This document shows, piece by piece, positions 38,123 to 47,749 of a stretch of 64,000 nt of DNA. Every line of letters starts with the position of its first letter. Position 1 is the stretch's first letter. The notes below the pieces were generated by a model that did no database searches, was not told where the DNA came from, and saw only the letters and a list, made by a program, of their open reading frames with translations. The translations under genes were made by a program, and so were the position numbers. Origin of the DNA: Candidatus Dormiibacterota bacterium (GTDB taxonomy: Bacteria; Chloroflexota; Dormibacteria; Aeolococcales; Aeolococcaceae); the NCBI GenBank assembly GCA_963799005.1, contig CAWCVK010000001.1:867691-931690 (forward strand), read 5' to 3'.

Positions 38123-38250
38123 TACACTGCGGACGCTTCTCATCGAGAGGCGTTTTCCAGATAACGCTTTCCTGCGCCCGGATTGCGACTGCCTGACCAC
38201 CTCGGCAGCCGCAGCACCCCGGGCGTCGCAAGCCCAGAGGAAAGGAGGTG
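38123..38250 (+). promoter_or_regulatory. rpsF operon promoter and structured leader (candidate S6:S18 autoregulatory site)
   Basis: TG-c-TACACT -10, hairpin 38132-38153, long stem CGCCCGG..CCGGGCG enclosing CTGCC/GGCAG, then SD AAAGGAGGT. Confidence 0.5.
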
Positions 38251-38256
38251 CCACGC

Positions 38257-38718
38257 ATGGTGCGTGACTACGAGCTGATGTACATCGTCCGGCCGGAGCT
38301 GGAGGATGACGCGGTGCGCGTCGCGGTGAAGTCGGTGCGCTCCCTGATCGAGTCACAGGGCGGCGAGGTGGTCAAGACCACCCTCTGGGGCAAGCGGCGC
38401 CTCGCCTACGAGGTCCAGCGGCTCCGCGAGGGGCACTACGTGCTGGTCGTGTTCCACCTCGACGGCGGCAAGGTCGCCGAGATCGAGCGCGCGCTCCGGA
38501 TCCACGACACCGTCTTCCGGCATCTCATCGTCGTCCACGAGGGTCCGATGCCCGAGCCGGAGGCGGAGATCGAGGAGGTCCAGGGACCGATCGAGCCGCA
38601 GCCTGAAATCGATAGCGCAGACGCGGATACTGTCGATGCAGGGTCCGTGGCTGGGGACGAGGATCTGGAAGCGGACGACGTCCCCTCGGCAATCGATGAC
38701 GACGAAGGAGGTTTGTGA
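38257..38718 (+). CDS. rpsF: 30S ribosomal protein S6 with long acidic tail
   Basis: RDYELMYIVRP, WGKRRLAYEV. Confidence 0.97.
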   Translation: MVRDYELMYIVRPELEDDAVRVAVKSVRSLIESQGGEVVKTTLWGKRRLAYEVQRLREGHYVLVVFHLDGGKVAEIERALRIHDTVFRHLIVVHEGPMPEPEAEIEEVQGPIEPQPEIDSADADTVDAGSVAGDEDLEADDVPSAIDDDEGGL

Positions 38719-39170
38719 TGGCGGGTTCCCTCAATCGCGTGATGCTGATCGGCCGGCTGACCCGCGACCCCGAGCTCCGATACACGCCCAGCGGCACCGC
38801 GGTGTGCAACCTCGCCCTGGCGACCAACCGCTACGGGAGCGACCCGGCGACCGGAGAGCGCAAGGAGTTCACCGATTACCACGACGTGGTCGTCTGGAAC
38901 CAGGGCACCCGCAAGCTCGCCGAGACCACCGCGCAGTACCTGCAGAAGGGCCGGCTGATCTACGTCGAGGGCCGGTTGCAGACACGTTCGTGGGACGACG
39001 CCCAGAGCGGGCAGAAGCGCTACAAGACCGAGGTCAACGCCAACGACGTGCAGTTCCTCGACAGCGCAGCCCGTCAGGACGGTGGCGCGCCCGCCGGCGA
39101 TGGCGGTGGCGCGGTGCCGGTCAGCGTGCCGGCCGGCGGTGACGTCGACCCGGATGACATTCCCTTCTGA
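38718..39170 (+). CDS. ssb: single-stranded DNA-binding protein
   Basis: [18 protein letters not shown]; C-terminal DDIPF. Confidence 0.98.
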   Translation: MAGSLNRVMLIGRLTRDPELRYTPSGTAVCNLALATNRYGSDPATGERKEFTDYHDVVVWNQGTRKLAETTAQYLQKGRLIYVEGRLQTRSWDDAQSGQKRYKTEVNANDVQFLDSAARQDGGAPAGDGGGAVPVSVPAGGDVDPDDIPF

Positions 39171-39181
39171 GGTGGAAAGCA

Positions 39182-39409
39182 ATGCCTGATTTCGACCGGC
39201 GGCGGCGCAAGGTCTGCAGCTTCTGCCTGGAGCACATCGATTTCATCGACTACAAGGAGGTCACCAGGCTGCGCCGCTACCTCTCCGAGCGGGGCAAGAT
39301 CCTGCCGCGGCGGATGACCGGGACGTGCGCGCGGCATCAGCGCTCCTTGACGGTCGCTCTGAAGCGGGCGCGGCACATCGCCTTGCTGCCGTTCGCGGAG
39401 ATCCGCTGA
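39182..39409 (+). CDS. rpsR: 30S ribosomal protein S18 (Zn-binding C+ form)
   Basis: CSFC, IDYK, GKILPRR, CARHQR. Confidence 0.98.
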   Translation: MPDFDRRRRKVCSFCLEHIDFIDYKEVTRLRRYLSERGKILPRRMTGTCARHQRSLTVALKRARHIALLPFAEIR

Positions 39410-39411
39410 GC

Positions 39412-39450
39412 ACGCAGCGTCGGTGTGAGCCGCGGGTGGCGTCGCTGCGT
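39412..39450. terminator. hairpin between convergent genes
   Basis: ACGCAGCG...CGCTGCGT. Confidence 0.45.
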
Positions 39451-39452
39451 AA

Positions 39453-40805
39453 CTAGGGCCGGTTCGACATGTTTGCCCCGCCGGCACCCCAGGAGGAGCC
39501 GTACCCCTGCTCGGGCTGTATCTCCCACCCGACCCCGGGTGGGGCCTCGACTGCCAGAGAAAGCGGCTGTCCTGGGACCTGGTTCGGCGGCGTGAACCAG
39601 CCCGTATGACCGCCACACAGGGTCGTTGCGGTGTGAGCCACGCCACCGATGACGATCGTCAAGGATCCGGCGCCAGAACATGAGAAGGCCATGGTGTACT
39701 GCTGGTCGGTGGTGAATGACAGCAGGACAGTCGAACCGACACCGTAGTCAGCGGGGGCGACGCTGACGTCTTAAGTCACCGGCCCCTGATTGCCCAACTC
39801 GGGCAGGATGATCCCCTCCGGACCCTCGCTGATCTGGACCTCCCAGCTGACCGAGGGATCGGCTGTGAATTGCACGCTGACCGGTCCAAGACCGCCGCTT
39901 CCTGAGTCGGAAACGGCATTCCCCCCGAAGGAGATGGAGAACCCACCATGAGGGTTGAACACGAAACACTGGACCTGCTCTCCGTTGGGCCACAGGGCAT
40001 TGGGCGCAATCTCGAGGGTGCGGCCTGCAATCGGTGAGCTGCACAAGACCTGGCCCAGGATTGACTCGTCCGGTGCGACGGTGAACGTTTGCAGTGTGCT
40101 CGAGCCCGTGCCAAAAGTGTCGCCCACCAGAAGCTGCGCATCGGCCTGTGGGGGCCGCAGCTCGGGAAACCACACGGTGGTTTCGGCAACGAGAATCTCC
40201 CACGACATCGACGGGGCGGCGGTGATGTCAATGGTCATCGGCTTGCCGTCGTACCCGCGCGAGCACGGGTTCTGACCACCGGGCGAGCAGTGCAGGTTGC
40301 CGGCTGCGGTCGCGTCATCAACTGTCAGCGTGGTGACGCCGAGCGAGGTCGAGCACTGTTCGAGAGTGCTGCCGATCACTCGGTTGGTCGATATGACTCT
40401 GAACGATCCCGGTCCGACACAATCGAACTGGAGGAGCAGCGTCCCCGTGGGGACGAACGTCTTGAGGCGCACGGATCCGTGGCCGCGCGTCAGAGGGATC
40501 AGCATGCGGGCGGACTTGGGAATCCCACCATTGCCGAAGAGTGGCATCCGCTTCAGCTGCGCAGCCGAAGGCGGCAATGCGGACTTCGCCGGGGCGTGAT
40601 GGTTCGACAGCTCAACGGCGAACAACGTGACGCTCGCGGCCACCGCGGCGACTGCAGCAAGACCCGCCACCAGGTTGACTGTCCGGCGTCTGCGGCTGGG
40701 CGCCGGCGTCGCGACGTCCGTCAGAGCGGGCGGCGGAGGGGATGCCTCGATGTGGTCGAAGAAGGCGCGCAACTTCGCGTCCAGTCCGGGATCGATGTCA
40801 AGCAT
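39453..40805 (-). CDS. putative anti-sigma factor with TM helix and three extracellular repeats, interrupted by in-frame TAA at 39771-39773
   Basis: Overlaps the ECF sigma stop. The frame continues past TAA into a third 'G.GS..F..C.G.G..C..WE' repeat. Confidence 0.7.
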
Positions 40806-41325
40806 CGCCGAGCTCCTTTCGCAACGTGACCAGACCGCGCGCGAGGTGGGCTCGCACGGTTCCGGGCCGGCACCCCATGAACACCGCGCACTCCTCGACC
40901 GAGTAGCCGTGCCGGTAATTGAGGGTGATCGCGGCCCGCTGCCTGAGTGACAGCCTCCGATAGGCCCGGTCGACATCAAGGTGGGTGGCGGCAGCGACCG
41001 GGTCGCCGCGCGACACGGCATCTGCGACGAGTGCCAGCGGCGGCCAGCCTCGCGAGCGCAGGTGGCGGCGCCGGCTGATGCAGTGGTTGACGCATACCCG
41101 CGTGAGCCATGCAGCCGGTCGATCCATCTCCGCCACCGACTCCCAGGACCGCCAGGCCTTGAGCAGCGTTTCCTGAACCGCATCCTCAGCCTCGCCCTCG
41201 TCTCGGAGAATCGAGAGTGCGAGCAGGTAGAGCCGCCTGGCGTCCGGTACGGCGATTGCCTCGAAGGTTCGCTCGGGCAACGCCTCGCCCGCCGGCACGA
41301 TCCCCGCCGCTGCAATCACATCCAT
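40798..41325 (-). CDS. ECF RNA polymerase sigma factor
   Basis: AEDAVQETLLKAW, LSLRQRAAITL..SVEECA..GTVRAHLARG. Confidence 0.93.
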   Translation of the reverse strand: MDVIAAAGIVPAGEALPERTFEAIAVPDARRLYLLALSILRDEGEAEDAVQETLLKAWRSWESVAEMDRPAAWLTRVCVNHCISRRRHLRSRGWPPLALVADAVSRGDPVAAATHLDVDRAYRRLSLRQRAAITLNYRHGYSVEECAVFMGCRPGTVRAHLARGLVTLRKELGDA

Positions 41326-41384
41326 CCCAACGCTTCCGGTGGCGGTTTTGCTGACGCGCGCCTCATATACTGGCCCCCAGGCGC

Positions 41385-42410
41385 ATGCGCCACCGGGCAC
41401 CTTCTCTTCACATCCTCGCCGCAGCCCCGGTCGCCGCGATCGTCGCGGGAGTCCTCGGCCCGGCGACCCACGCCCTCACGGCCTCGTCCCAGCCGCCTGC
41501 CGCCATCGTGGTCGCCGTCGACCCCGGCCATGGCGGCCGGCCCACCGCGGCACGCCCGGGCGCGCCATCCGACCCAGGAGTGGTCGGGATCAACGGCCTC
41601 GTCGAAAAGGTCGTCGACCTCGACGTGGGTACGCGGCTCGCCACCCTGCTGCGCGCCGACCTTGTCGACGTGGTGCTCACCCGGAGCTCCGACGTGTACG
41701 TGTCCGCTGCTCGGCGTCAGCGGGTCTCGATCGCGCATCACGCCGCGCTCGTGGTGAGCATCCACGCGGCCAAGTCCACCGACCCGAGGACCGGCGGGTC
41801 GCTGGTGCTCTATCCGACCGTGGCGAGCGCCGCGCTCGCGCAGACGCTGAGCGACGCGCTCACCGCCCAGACCACGGACGACGGCCTGGTTGACGGCGGC
41901 GTGGCGCTCGGTGACCCGGCCTGGGCTCGGAACCCGGTGCCGACCGCGACGGTGGAGATCGGGTATCTGAGCAATCGGCTCGATGCATCCCTGATGGCCT
42001 CGGCGCCCTTCCGTCAGGACGTGGCTGTCGGTCTGCGCGACGGGGTCGAGGCGTACATGCCCGCGATCATCGCCCGGCGCGATGCGATCCGAGCGTGGCG
42101 GAACGGCCACCCCGGCTCGCTGGCTCCGGCGTCGGCAGCCATCCCGGGGACCAAGGGGTTCCAGTTCGGCCCGGTCATCGCGTGGCTTGCCGGCGTCGCC
42201 ATCGTCGGACTGGTGCTCTTGTTTCGCGATGCGGTGGCCCGCGTCCTGGTGGTACTCATCGCCTTGGCCCTGCGTCTATTCGGCGGCGTGGTGTGGGTGG
42301 GCAGGGCGGGCATGCGACGTCGACGAAGGCGGCGGCAATTTCCCACGGACTCACAGCCCGAGCAACCGGTGCCGCGGAGCGGTTCGGTCTATGACGACAT
42401 CCCGCTGTGA
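41385..42410 (+). CDS. N-acetylmuramoyl-L-alanine amidase (Amidase_3) with C-terminal TM segment
   Basis: DPGHGG, EK, SIHA, VEIGYLSN. Confidence 0.88.
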   Translation: MRHRAPSLHILAAAPVAAIVAGVLGPATHALTASSQPPAAIVVAVDPGHGGRPTAARPGAPSDPGVVGINGLVEKVVDLDVGTRLATLLRADLVDVVLTRSSDVYVSAARRQRVSIAHHAALVVSIHAAKSTDPRTGGSLVLYPTVASAALAQTLSDALTAQTTDDGLVDGGVALGDPAWARNPVPTATVEIGYLSNRLDASLMASAPFRQDVAVGLRDGVEAYMPAIIARRDAIRAWRNGHPGSLAPASAAIPGTKGFQFGPVIAWLAGVAIVGLVLLFRDAVARVLVVLIALALRLFGGVVWVGRAGMRRRRRRRQFPTDSQPEQPVPRSGSVYDDIPL

Positions 42411-42459
42411 TATCGAACATCGAAACCGTCCGCGTCCAGCACGGAACGCCTCCGGCGCC

Positions 42460-42765
42460 ATGAGTCAATCCGTCATCGACGACCCCGCCGGGGAACGATT
42501 CGCCGTGTCCCTGGACGGGGCCACGGCAACGATGGAGTACCGGCTGCACGGGGATCGGTTGCACCTCCTGCACACTGAAGTCCCCGAAGCGTTTCGCGGT
42601 CAGGGCGTCGGCAGCCGGCTGGTCGAGGCGGCGCTTGCCAAGGCCCGGGCAGACCACCTGACGATCGTGCCCTGGTGCCCCTATGCACGCGGGTGGCTGA
42701 AGGAGCACCCCGACCAGATCAGCGGTGTCACCCTGGACTTCAAAGCCAGGCCGTCCAGGAAGTAA
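42460..42765 (+). CDS. small GNAT (YjdJ-like) acetyltransferase
   Basis: HTEVPEAFRGQGVG..VPWCPY. Confidence 0.9.
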   Translation: MSQSVIDDPAGERFAVSLDGATATMEYRLHGDRLHLLHTEVPEAFRGQGVGSRLVEAALAKARADHLTIVPWCPYARGWLKEHPDQISGVTLDFKARPSRK

Positions 42766-42829
42766 GCCGGCTCGGCTTCCCGGCTGCGTCGTGGCGGGGC
42801 GGAAGGCGGCCTTCGCTAGACTTCGGCCC

Positions 42830-44008
42830 ATGGGTGAACCACAGCTCCGCATTCCCGGTCCGACCCCGCTCCCCGCTCGCGTGGTCCGCTCCGCGAGCCG
42901 TCCCATGATCAACCACCGCGGCCCGGAGTTCGCCGAGGTGCTGGATGAGGTGATCGGCGGGCTGCGCTGGGCGCTGCGCACCGACGACGACATCCTGCTG
43001 TACCCCTGCAGCGGCACCGGGGGCCTAGAGGCCACGGTCGTTAATCTGCTCAGCCCCGGTGAACAGGCGCTGTTCTGCGTGATGGGGTCGTTCGGTGAAC
43101 GCTGGGCGAAGATCGGCGACGCCTACGGCGCCGAGGTCGTCCGCCTGACGGTGCCGCAGGGAGAGCCGATCGATCCCGAGGACGTCGAACGCACGCTTGC
43201 AGCGCACCCCGACATCACCACTGTGTTCGTCACGCACAACGAGACGTCGACAGGAGTCACCAACGACCTCGCCGCGATTGCCGGTGTCGTCAAGAGCCGC
43301 GGCAAGATGCTCGCGGTCGACAGCGTGAGCGGTGCCGGCTGCCTGCCGCTCGAGACCGACGCACTCGGCGTCGACGTGCTGGTGACCGGATCTCAGAAGG
43401 GGTGGATGGCCCCTCCCGGCATCGCGATGATCGCAGTCAGCGCGGCGGCATTCGCGCGTTCGGAGACCGCGACGAACCCCCGCTTCTACCTCGACTTCGT
43501 TCGCGAAAGGAAGTCGCAGGAGAAGAAGCAAACCGCGACCACCCCACCGGTCTCGGTGATGTTCGCGCTCCAGGAAGGTCTGGCGATGCTGCGCGAGGAG
43601 GGGCTTGACAACGTCTGGGCGCGCCACGATCGCGTCGGCAGGATGATCCGCGCCGGTGTCGAGGCAATGGGCCTGAGGCTGCTCGCCGCCGAGGGGCACC
43701 GCAGCAACACGGTCACGGCCGTGCACAGCCCCGCTGACACACCTGAGGCGCTGAAGAACCTCCTCACCACGCTGCGAACGGCGCACGGCCTCGTGCTCGC
43801 GGGTGGCCAGGAATCGCTCCAGGGCAAGATCTTCCGTATCGGCCACCTCGGCTTCATCGACGATGCCGACGCCTATACGATCCTCGCCTTGCTCGAAGCC
43901 GGCCTCATCGACACGGGGTTGCGCACGCGAGGGGGCCTCGCGATCGCGGCGGCGCAGAGGGAAGCACGCGGGACGGTCGCGCAGGCAGAGCCCGTCACCG
44001 TCGGGTGA
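42830..44008 (+). CDS. class V PLP aminotransferase (Ser-pyruvate/phosphoserine type)
   Basis: PGPT, HNETSTG, DSVS, GSQKG, FRIGHLG; adjacent to serA. Confidence 0.93.
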   Translation: MGEPQLRIPGPTPLPARVVRSASRPMINHRGPEFAEVLDEVIGGLRWALRTDDDILLYPCSGTGGLEATVVNLLSPGEQALFCVMGSFGERWAKIGDAYGAEVVRLTVPQGEPIDPEDVERTLAAHPDITTVFVTHNETSTGVTNDLAAIAGVVKSRGKMLAVDSVSGAGCLPLETDALGVDVLVTGSQKGWMAPPGIAMIAVSAAAFARSETATNPRFYLDFVRERKSQEKKQTATTPPVSVMFALQEGLAMLREEGLDNVWARHDRVGRMIRAGVEAMGLRLLAAEGHRSNTVTAVHSPADTPEALKNLLTTLRTAHGLVLAGGQESLQGKIFRIGHLGFIDDADAYTILALLEAGLIDTGLRTRGGLAIAAAQREARGTVAQAEPVTVG

Positions 44009-45621
44009 CCGTCACCGCGGAGCCGCGCATCGCCGCCGGCACCGTCACCCGCATCCTGGTGGCGGACCCGATCGCCGAGGACGGCGTCGCGCGCCTGCGC
44101 GCCGCGGGCGAGGTCGACGTCATGACCGGGCTCGAGCCGAGCGCGCTGCGCGAGCGAATCGGTGACTACGACGCGCTCGTGGTTCGCAGCGAGACCAAGG
44201 TCACCGCCGAGGTGTTCGCCGCCGCGCCGCGCCTGCGCGTGGTCGGACGCGCCGGGGTCGGCGTCGACAACATCGACCTCGAGGCGGCGACGCGGCATGG
44301 CGTCCTGGTGCTCAATGCACCCACCGGCAACACGATCGCCGCGACCGAGCACGCCATCGCCATGATGCTCGCGCTCGCGCGCAACCTTCCCGCCGCCGAC
44401 CGCTCGCTCCACGCCGGTCTCTGGGAGCGCTCGAAGTTCATCGGGATCGAGTTGCACGAGAAGACGCTCGGAGTCCTCGGGCTTGGAAAGATCGGATCCG
44501 AGGTGGCTCGTATCGCCCGCGAAGGGTTGCGCATGCGGGTGCTCGCCCACGACCCGCTGGTCACGGCCGAGCGCGCTCTCCAGGCGGGCGTCGAACTGTG
44601 TGACTTTGAGACATTGCTGACCGAAAGCGACTTCCTCACCGTCCACGTCCCCCTGACCGACGCCACCCGTGGCGTGATCGGCGCGGCGGAGCTGAGACGG
44701 ATGCGCACCGGTGCCCGCCTGATCAATGTGGCGCGCGGCGGCATCATCGACGAACACGCGCTCGCCGATGCGATCCGTGACGGGCACATCGCCGGGGCCG
44801 CCGTCGACGTCTTCACCAGCGAACCGCCGGATCCAGCAAATCCGTTGCTCCAGCTCGAGAAGGTGGTGGTCACGCCACACCTCGGTGCCAGCACGCGCGA
44901 GGCGCAGGTGAACGTCGCCTTCGACGTGGCCGACCAGATCGTGGAGTACCTCGCGGGAGGCAACCCGCGCTACGCGGTCAACGCGCCGACGGTGTTGCCC
45001 GAGGAGCTCGCGAGGCTCCAGCCCTATCTCGTCCTCGCCGAGAAGATCGGCTCGCTTGCGGCGCAGCTGGACGGTCGCAAGCTGCGCAATGTCGTGTGCA
45101 GCTACTCCGGTGAGCTCGCGGGGATCGACACCTCGATCATCACCGCGCACGTCCTGCGCGGGCTCTTCGCGCACTTCACCGAGACGCGCGTCAACCCGGT
45201 CAACGCGAAGGTCGTCGCCACGTCGATGGGCGTGGGTGTCGACGAGCGCCACACCACGCGCAGCGTCGATCCCGAGGGATCGCTGCTCGTCGAGGTGGTC
45301 GGCGAGCAGACACTTCGCATCGCCGGAACACAGTTCGATGACGGGGCTCGGATCACCCGCATCAACGACTTCCGGGTCGACATGCAGCCCGCCGGCACAT
45401 TCCTCGTGGTCACCCACCAGGACCGTCCCGGTGTGATCGCCGCCATCTCGACACTGCTCGCGCGCAACGACGTCAACATCGCCGGGATCGAGCTGGGACG
45501 CGACCGGCCGCGCGGCCACGCGGTGATGCTGATGGAGATCGACGACCCGGTGGGTGCCGAGCTCCTCGAGGAAGTTCGCGAAACCGCCATGCTCGATCAG
45601 CTCCGCCAGGTGCGGCTCTGA
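44005..45621 (+). CDS. serA: D-3-phosphoglycerate dehydrogenase with ACT domain
   Basis: RAGVGVDNID, GLGKIG, NVARGG, TPHLGAST, DRPGVI. Confidence 0.96.
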   Translation: MTVTAEPRIAAGTVTRILVADPIAEDGVARLRAAGEVDVMTGLEPSALRERIGDYDALVVRSETKVTAEVFAAAPRLRVVGRAGVGVDNIDLEAATRHGVLVLNAPTGNTIAATEHAIAMMLALARNLPAADRSLHAGLWERSKFIGIELHEKTLGVLGLGKIGSEVARIAREGLRMRVLAHDPLVTAERALQAGVELCDFETLLTESDFLTVHVPLTDATRGVIGAAELRRMRTGARLINVARGGIIDEHALADAIRDGHIAGAAVDVFTSEPPDPANPLLQLEKVVVTPHLGASTREAQVNVAFDVADQIVEYLAGGNPRYAVNAPTVLPEELARLQPYLVLAEKIGSLAAQLDGRKLRNVVCSYSGELAGIDTSIITAHVLRGLFAHFTETRVNPVNAKVVATSMGVGVDERHTTRSVDPEGSLLVEVVGEQTLRIAGTQFDDGARITRINDFRVDMQPAGTFLVVTHQDRPGVIAAISTLLARNDVNIAGIELGRDRPRGHAVMLMEIDDPVGAELLEEVRETAMLDQLRQVRL

Positions 45622-45658
45622 AGGCCTGACCTGCCGTCCGCGGCAGGACCAGAACGCC

Positions 45659-46939
45659 ATGGCCACGGTGCTGCCGTTCGAAGGCACTCGCTACAACCCC
45701 GAGCACGTGAAGCTCGGTGGCGTGCTCGCGCCGCCGTACGACGTCATCACCGATGCGCAGCGCGACGAGCTGTACGGCCGTGATATGCGCAACATCGTGC
45801 GCATCGACTCGGGCATCTCCTACCCGGACGATGTCGAGGGCATCGACGACCGCTACACGCGCGCCGCGTCGTTCCTGAGCTCGTGGCGGGATCTCGAGGT
45901 CCTGGTCCGCGACGCTCCGCCGAGCTTCTACGTCGTCGACCACCACTTTCAGCACCCGGATGGGACCCGGAGAATGCGGCGGGGCCTGCTGGCGACCGTG
46001 ACGGCGTCACCGTGGGAAACCTCCGAATTGCGCCCGCACGAGCGCACCCTTCGAGGTCCCAAGGAGGACCGCCTCGCGCTGCTTCGCGCCACCCGGGCAC
46101 AGACGAGCCCGGTCTTCGCGGTGTGGTCCGGCGCCGATGGCATCGCCGAGACGCTCGGCGGCATAGCGGTCGGCGACGCTTTGCTGGGCGGGCGCATCGA
46201 CGGCGAGATCGGTTCGGAGAAGCTGCTGCTCTGGCGTGTCGCCGACCCCGGCCGGGTGGCCGCGATCGAGCGCGCACTGCGGCGTGCAACGCTGTACGTC
46301 GCCGACGGCCATCACCGCTACGAGACCGCCGCCGCGTACGCGGCGGAGCGCCGTGCGCTGGACACGATCGCGCCGCCCGGTGCTTCCTTCGAGCGCTGCC
46401 TCGTCCACCTCGCCGCGGCCGACGACCCCGGGATTGTCATCCTGCCGACGCACCGCCTTGTCCGCCCAGGTCCGGGCATCGCGTTCAGCCTCGACGACCT
46501 GTGGGCACGGCTCGACGACGCCTACGAGACAGTGCCCGCGGCGGGTGGACGCGCGGCACTCGCCGCCGCTGCTTCGATGCACGCGACCCACCACGCGTTC
46601 GCCGTCGTCGCCCATGACGGCGCCGCGGTGCTGCGCCGCCCGCGCCTGGTCGCCGGGTCGCCGCGCGACCGGCTCGACGTCGCGGTGCTCGAAACCGAGG
46701 TGCTCGGGCCCGCCGGCGTGTCTCGCGACATGATCAGCGGGGGCGCGCTCACCTATACCCGCGACCCGGACGGCCTCGAGGCCGCGGTCGGCAGCGGCGC
46801 GGCGATCCTCGCCTTCGGCGTGTCGCCGGTGACCGCCGAGGAGGTCATCGCCGTGGCTGACGCCGGCGAGACGATGCCGCAGAAGTCCACGTACTTCTAC
46901 CCGAAGGTGCCGACCGGGCTGGCGCTGTTCGAGGTGTGA
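45659..46939 (+). CDS. DUF1015 family protein
   Basis: PPYDVI, PHERT, ADGHHRYET, MPQKSTYFYPK. Confidence 0.95.
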   Translation: MATVLPFEGTRYNPEHVKLGGVLAPPYDVITDAQRDELYGRDMRNIVRIDSGISYPDDVEGIDDRYTRAASFLSSWRDLEVLVRDAPPSFYVVDHHFQHPDGTRRMRRGLLATVTASPWETSELRPHERTLRGPKEDRLALLRATRAQTSPVFAVWSGADGIAETLGGIAVGDALLGGRIDGEIGSEKLLLWRVADPGRVAAIERALRRATLYVADGHHRYETAAAYAAERRALDTIAPPGASFERCLVHLAAADDPGIVILPTHRLVRPGPGIAFSLDDLWARLDDAYETVPAAGGRAALAAAASMHATHHAFAVVAHDGAAVLRRPRLVAGSPRDRLDVAVLETEVLGPAGVSRDMISGGALTYTRDPDGLEAAVGSGAAILAFGVSPVTAEEVIAVADAGETMPQKSTYFYPKVPTGLALFEV

Positions 46940-47025
46940 TCGGGTTGCTGTGACCTCGGCGTGTTTGGCTCGAGGCCGTCAGCGGGTAGCATTGAAGCGT
47001 TCAACCGCGAACAGGGAACCATTGA

Positions 47026-47373
47026 TTGCCCACCTACGGATATCGCTGCCCAACGTGCTCGACCGAGTTCGAGATCTGGCAGTCGATGAAAGACGACCCC
47101 GGCGCTGCCTGCCCGACGTGCGGCGCGAGCGCGGTGCGTCAGTTCTTTCCCGCGGGCATCGTCTTCAAAGGCTCCGGCTTCTACAAGACCGACAGTCGCG
47201 GATCCGCCTCCTCCTCTATCACCGCGGACGGCGGCGACGCGAAGAGCGCCACCAACGGCACCAAGGCTGACGGGGCAAAGTCCGACAGCGCAAAGTCGGA
47301 CACCAAGGCTCCCGCACCCGAGACGTCATCGACCAAGACCCCAAAACCCGTTTCGACTGACGCCGCCAGTTGA
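47026..47373 (+). CDS. FmdB family zinc-ribbon protein
   Basis: MPTYGYRCPTC..CPTC..FKGSGFYKTD. Confidence 0.93.
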   Translation: MPTYGYRCPTCSTEFEIWQSMKDDPGAACPTCGASAVRQFFPAGIVFKGSGFYKTDSRGSASSSITADGGDAKSATNGTKADGAKSDSAKSDTKAPAPETSSTKTPKPVSTDAAS

Positions 47374-47414
47374 GTACGATGAATCAGCGGCTGCCCCACA
47401 ACCAGGAGACCCAC

Positions 47415-47744
47415 ATGTCCCACCCCGTCACCGTTACAGACACCACCTTCAAGGAAGAGGTGCTGGACTCGCAGCTGCCCGTTCTCGTTGACTTCTGGGC
47501 CTCGTGGTGCACCCCGTGCAAGATGATCGCCCCGATCGTCGAGGAGTTCGCCACCCAGTACGACGGCCAAGTCAAGGTCGCCAAGGTGGACGTCGACGCC
47601 AACCCGATCACGCCCGGGATGTTCGGAATCATGAGCATCCCCACGCTGATGATCTTCCGCGGTGGCAAGGCCGAAGAGCGCATCGTCGGCTACCAGCCGA
47701 AGCAGTCGCTCGAGGCGAAGCTCCTCGCCGTTCTCGCCGCCTGA
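47415..47744 (+). CDS. trxA: thioredoxin
   Basis: VLVDFWASWCTPCK, SIPTL; SD AGGAG. Confidence 0.95.
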   Translation: MSHPVTVTDTTFKEEVLDSQLPVLVDFWASWCTPCKMIAPIVEEFATQYDGQVKVAKVDVDANPITPGMFGIMSIPTLMIFRGGKAEERIVGYQPKQSLEAKLLAVLAA

Positions 47745-47749
47745 ACCGC

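Noticed and set aside
34607-39450. Integrative element at tRNA-Val
   Set aside because: No integrase and no duplicated tRNA 3' end seen.
39771-39773. Sec/Pyl recoding of the in-frame stop
   Set aside because: The codon is TAA, not TGA or TAG.
42830-46939. Aminotransferase-serA-DUF1015 cluster as a novel system
   Set aside because: This is a well-known, widely conserved serine-biosynthesis arrangement.
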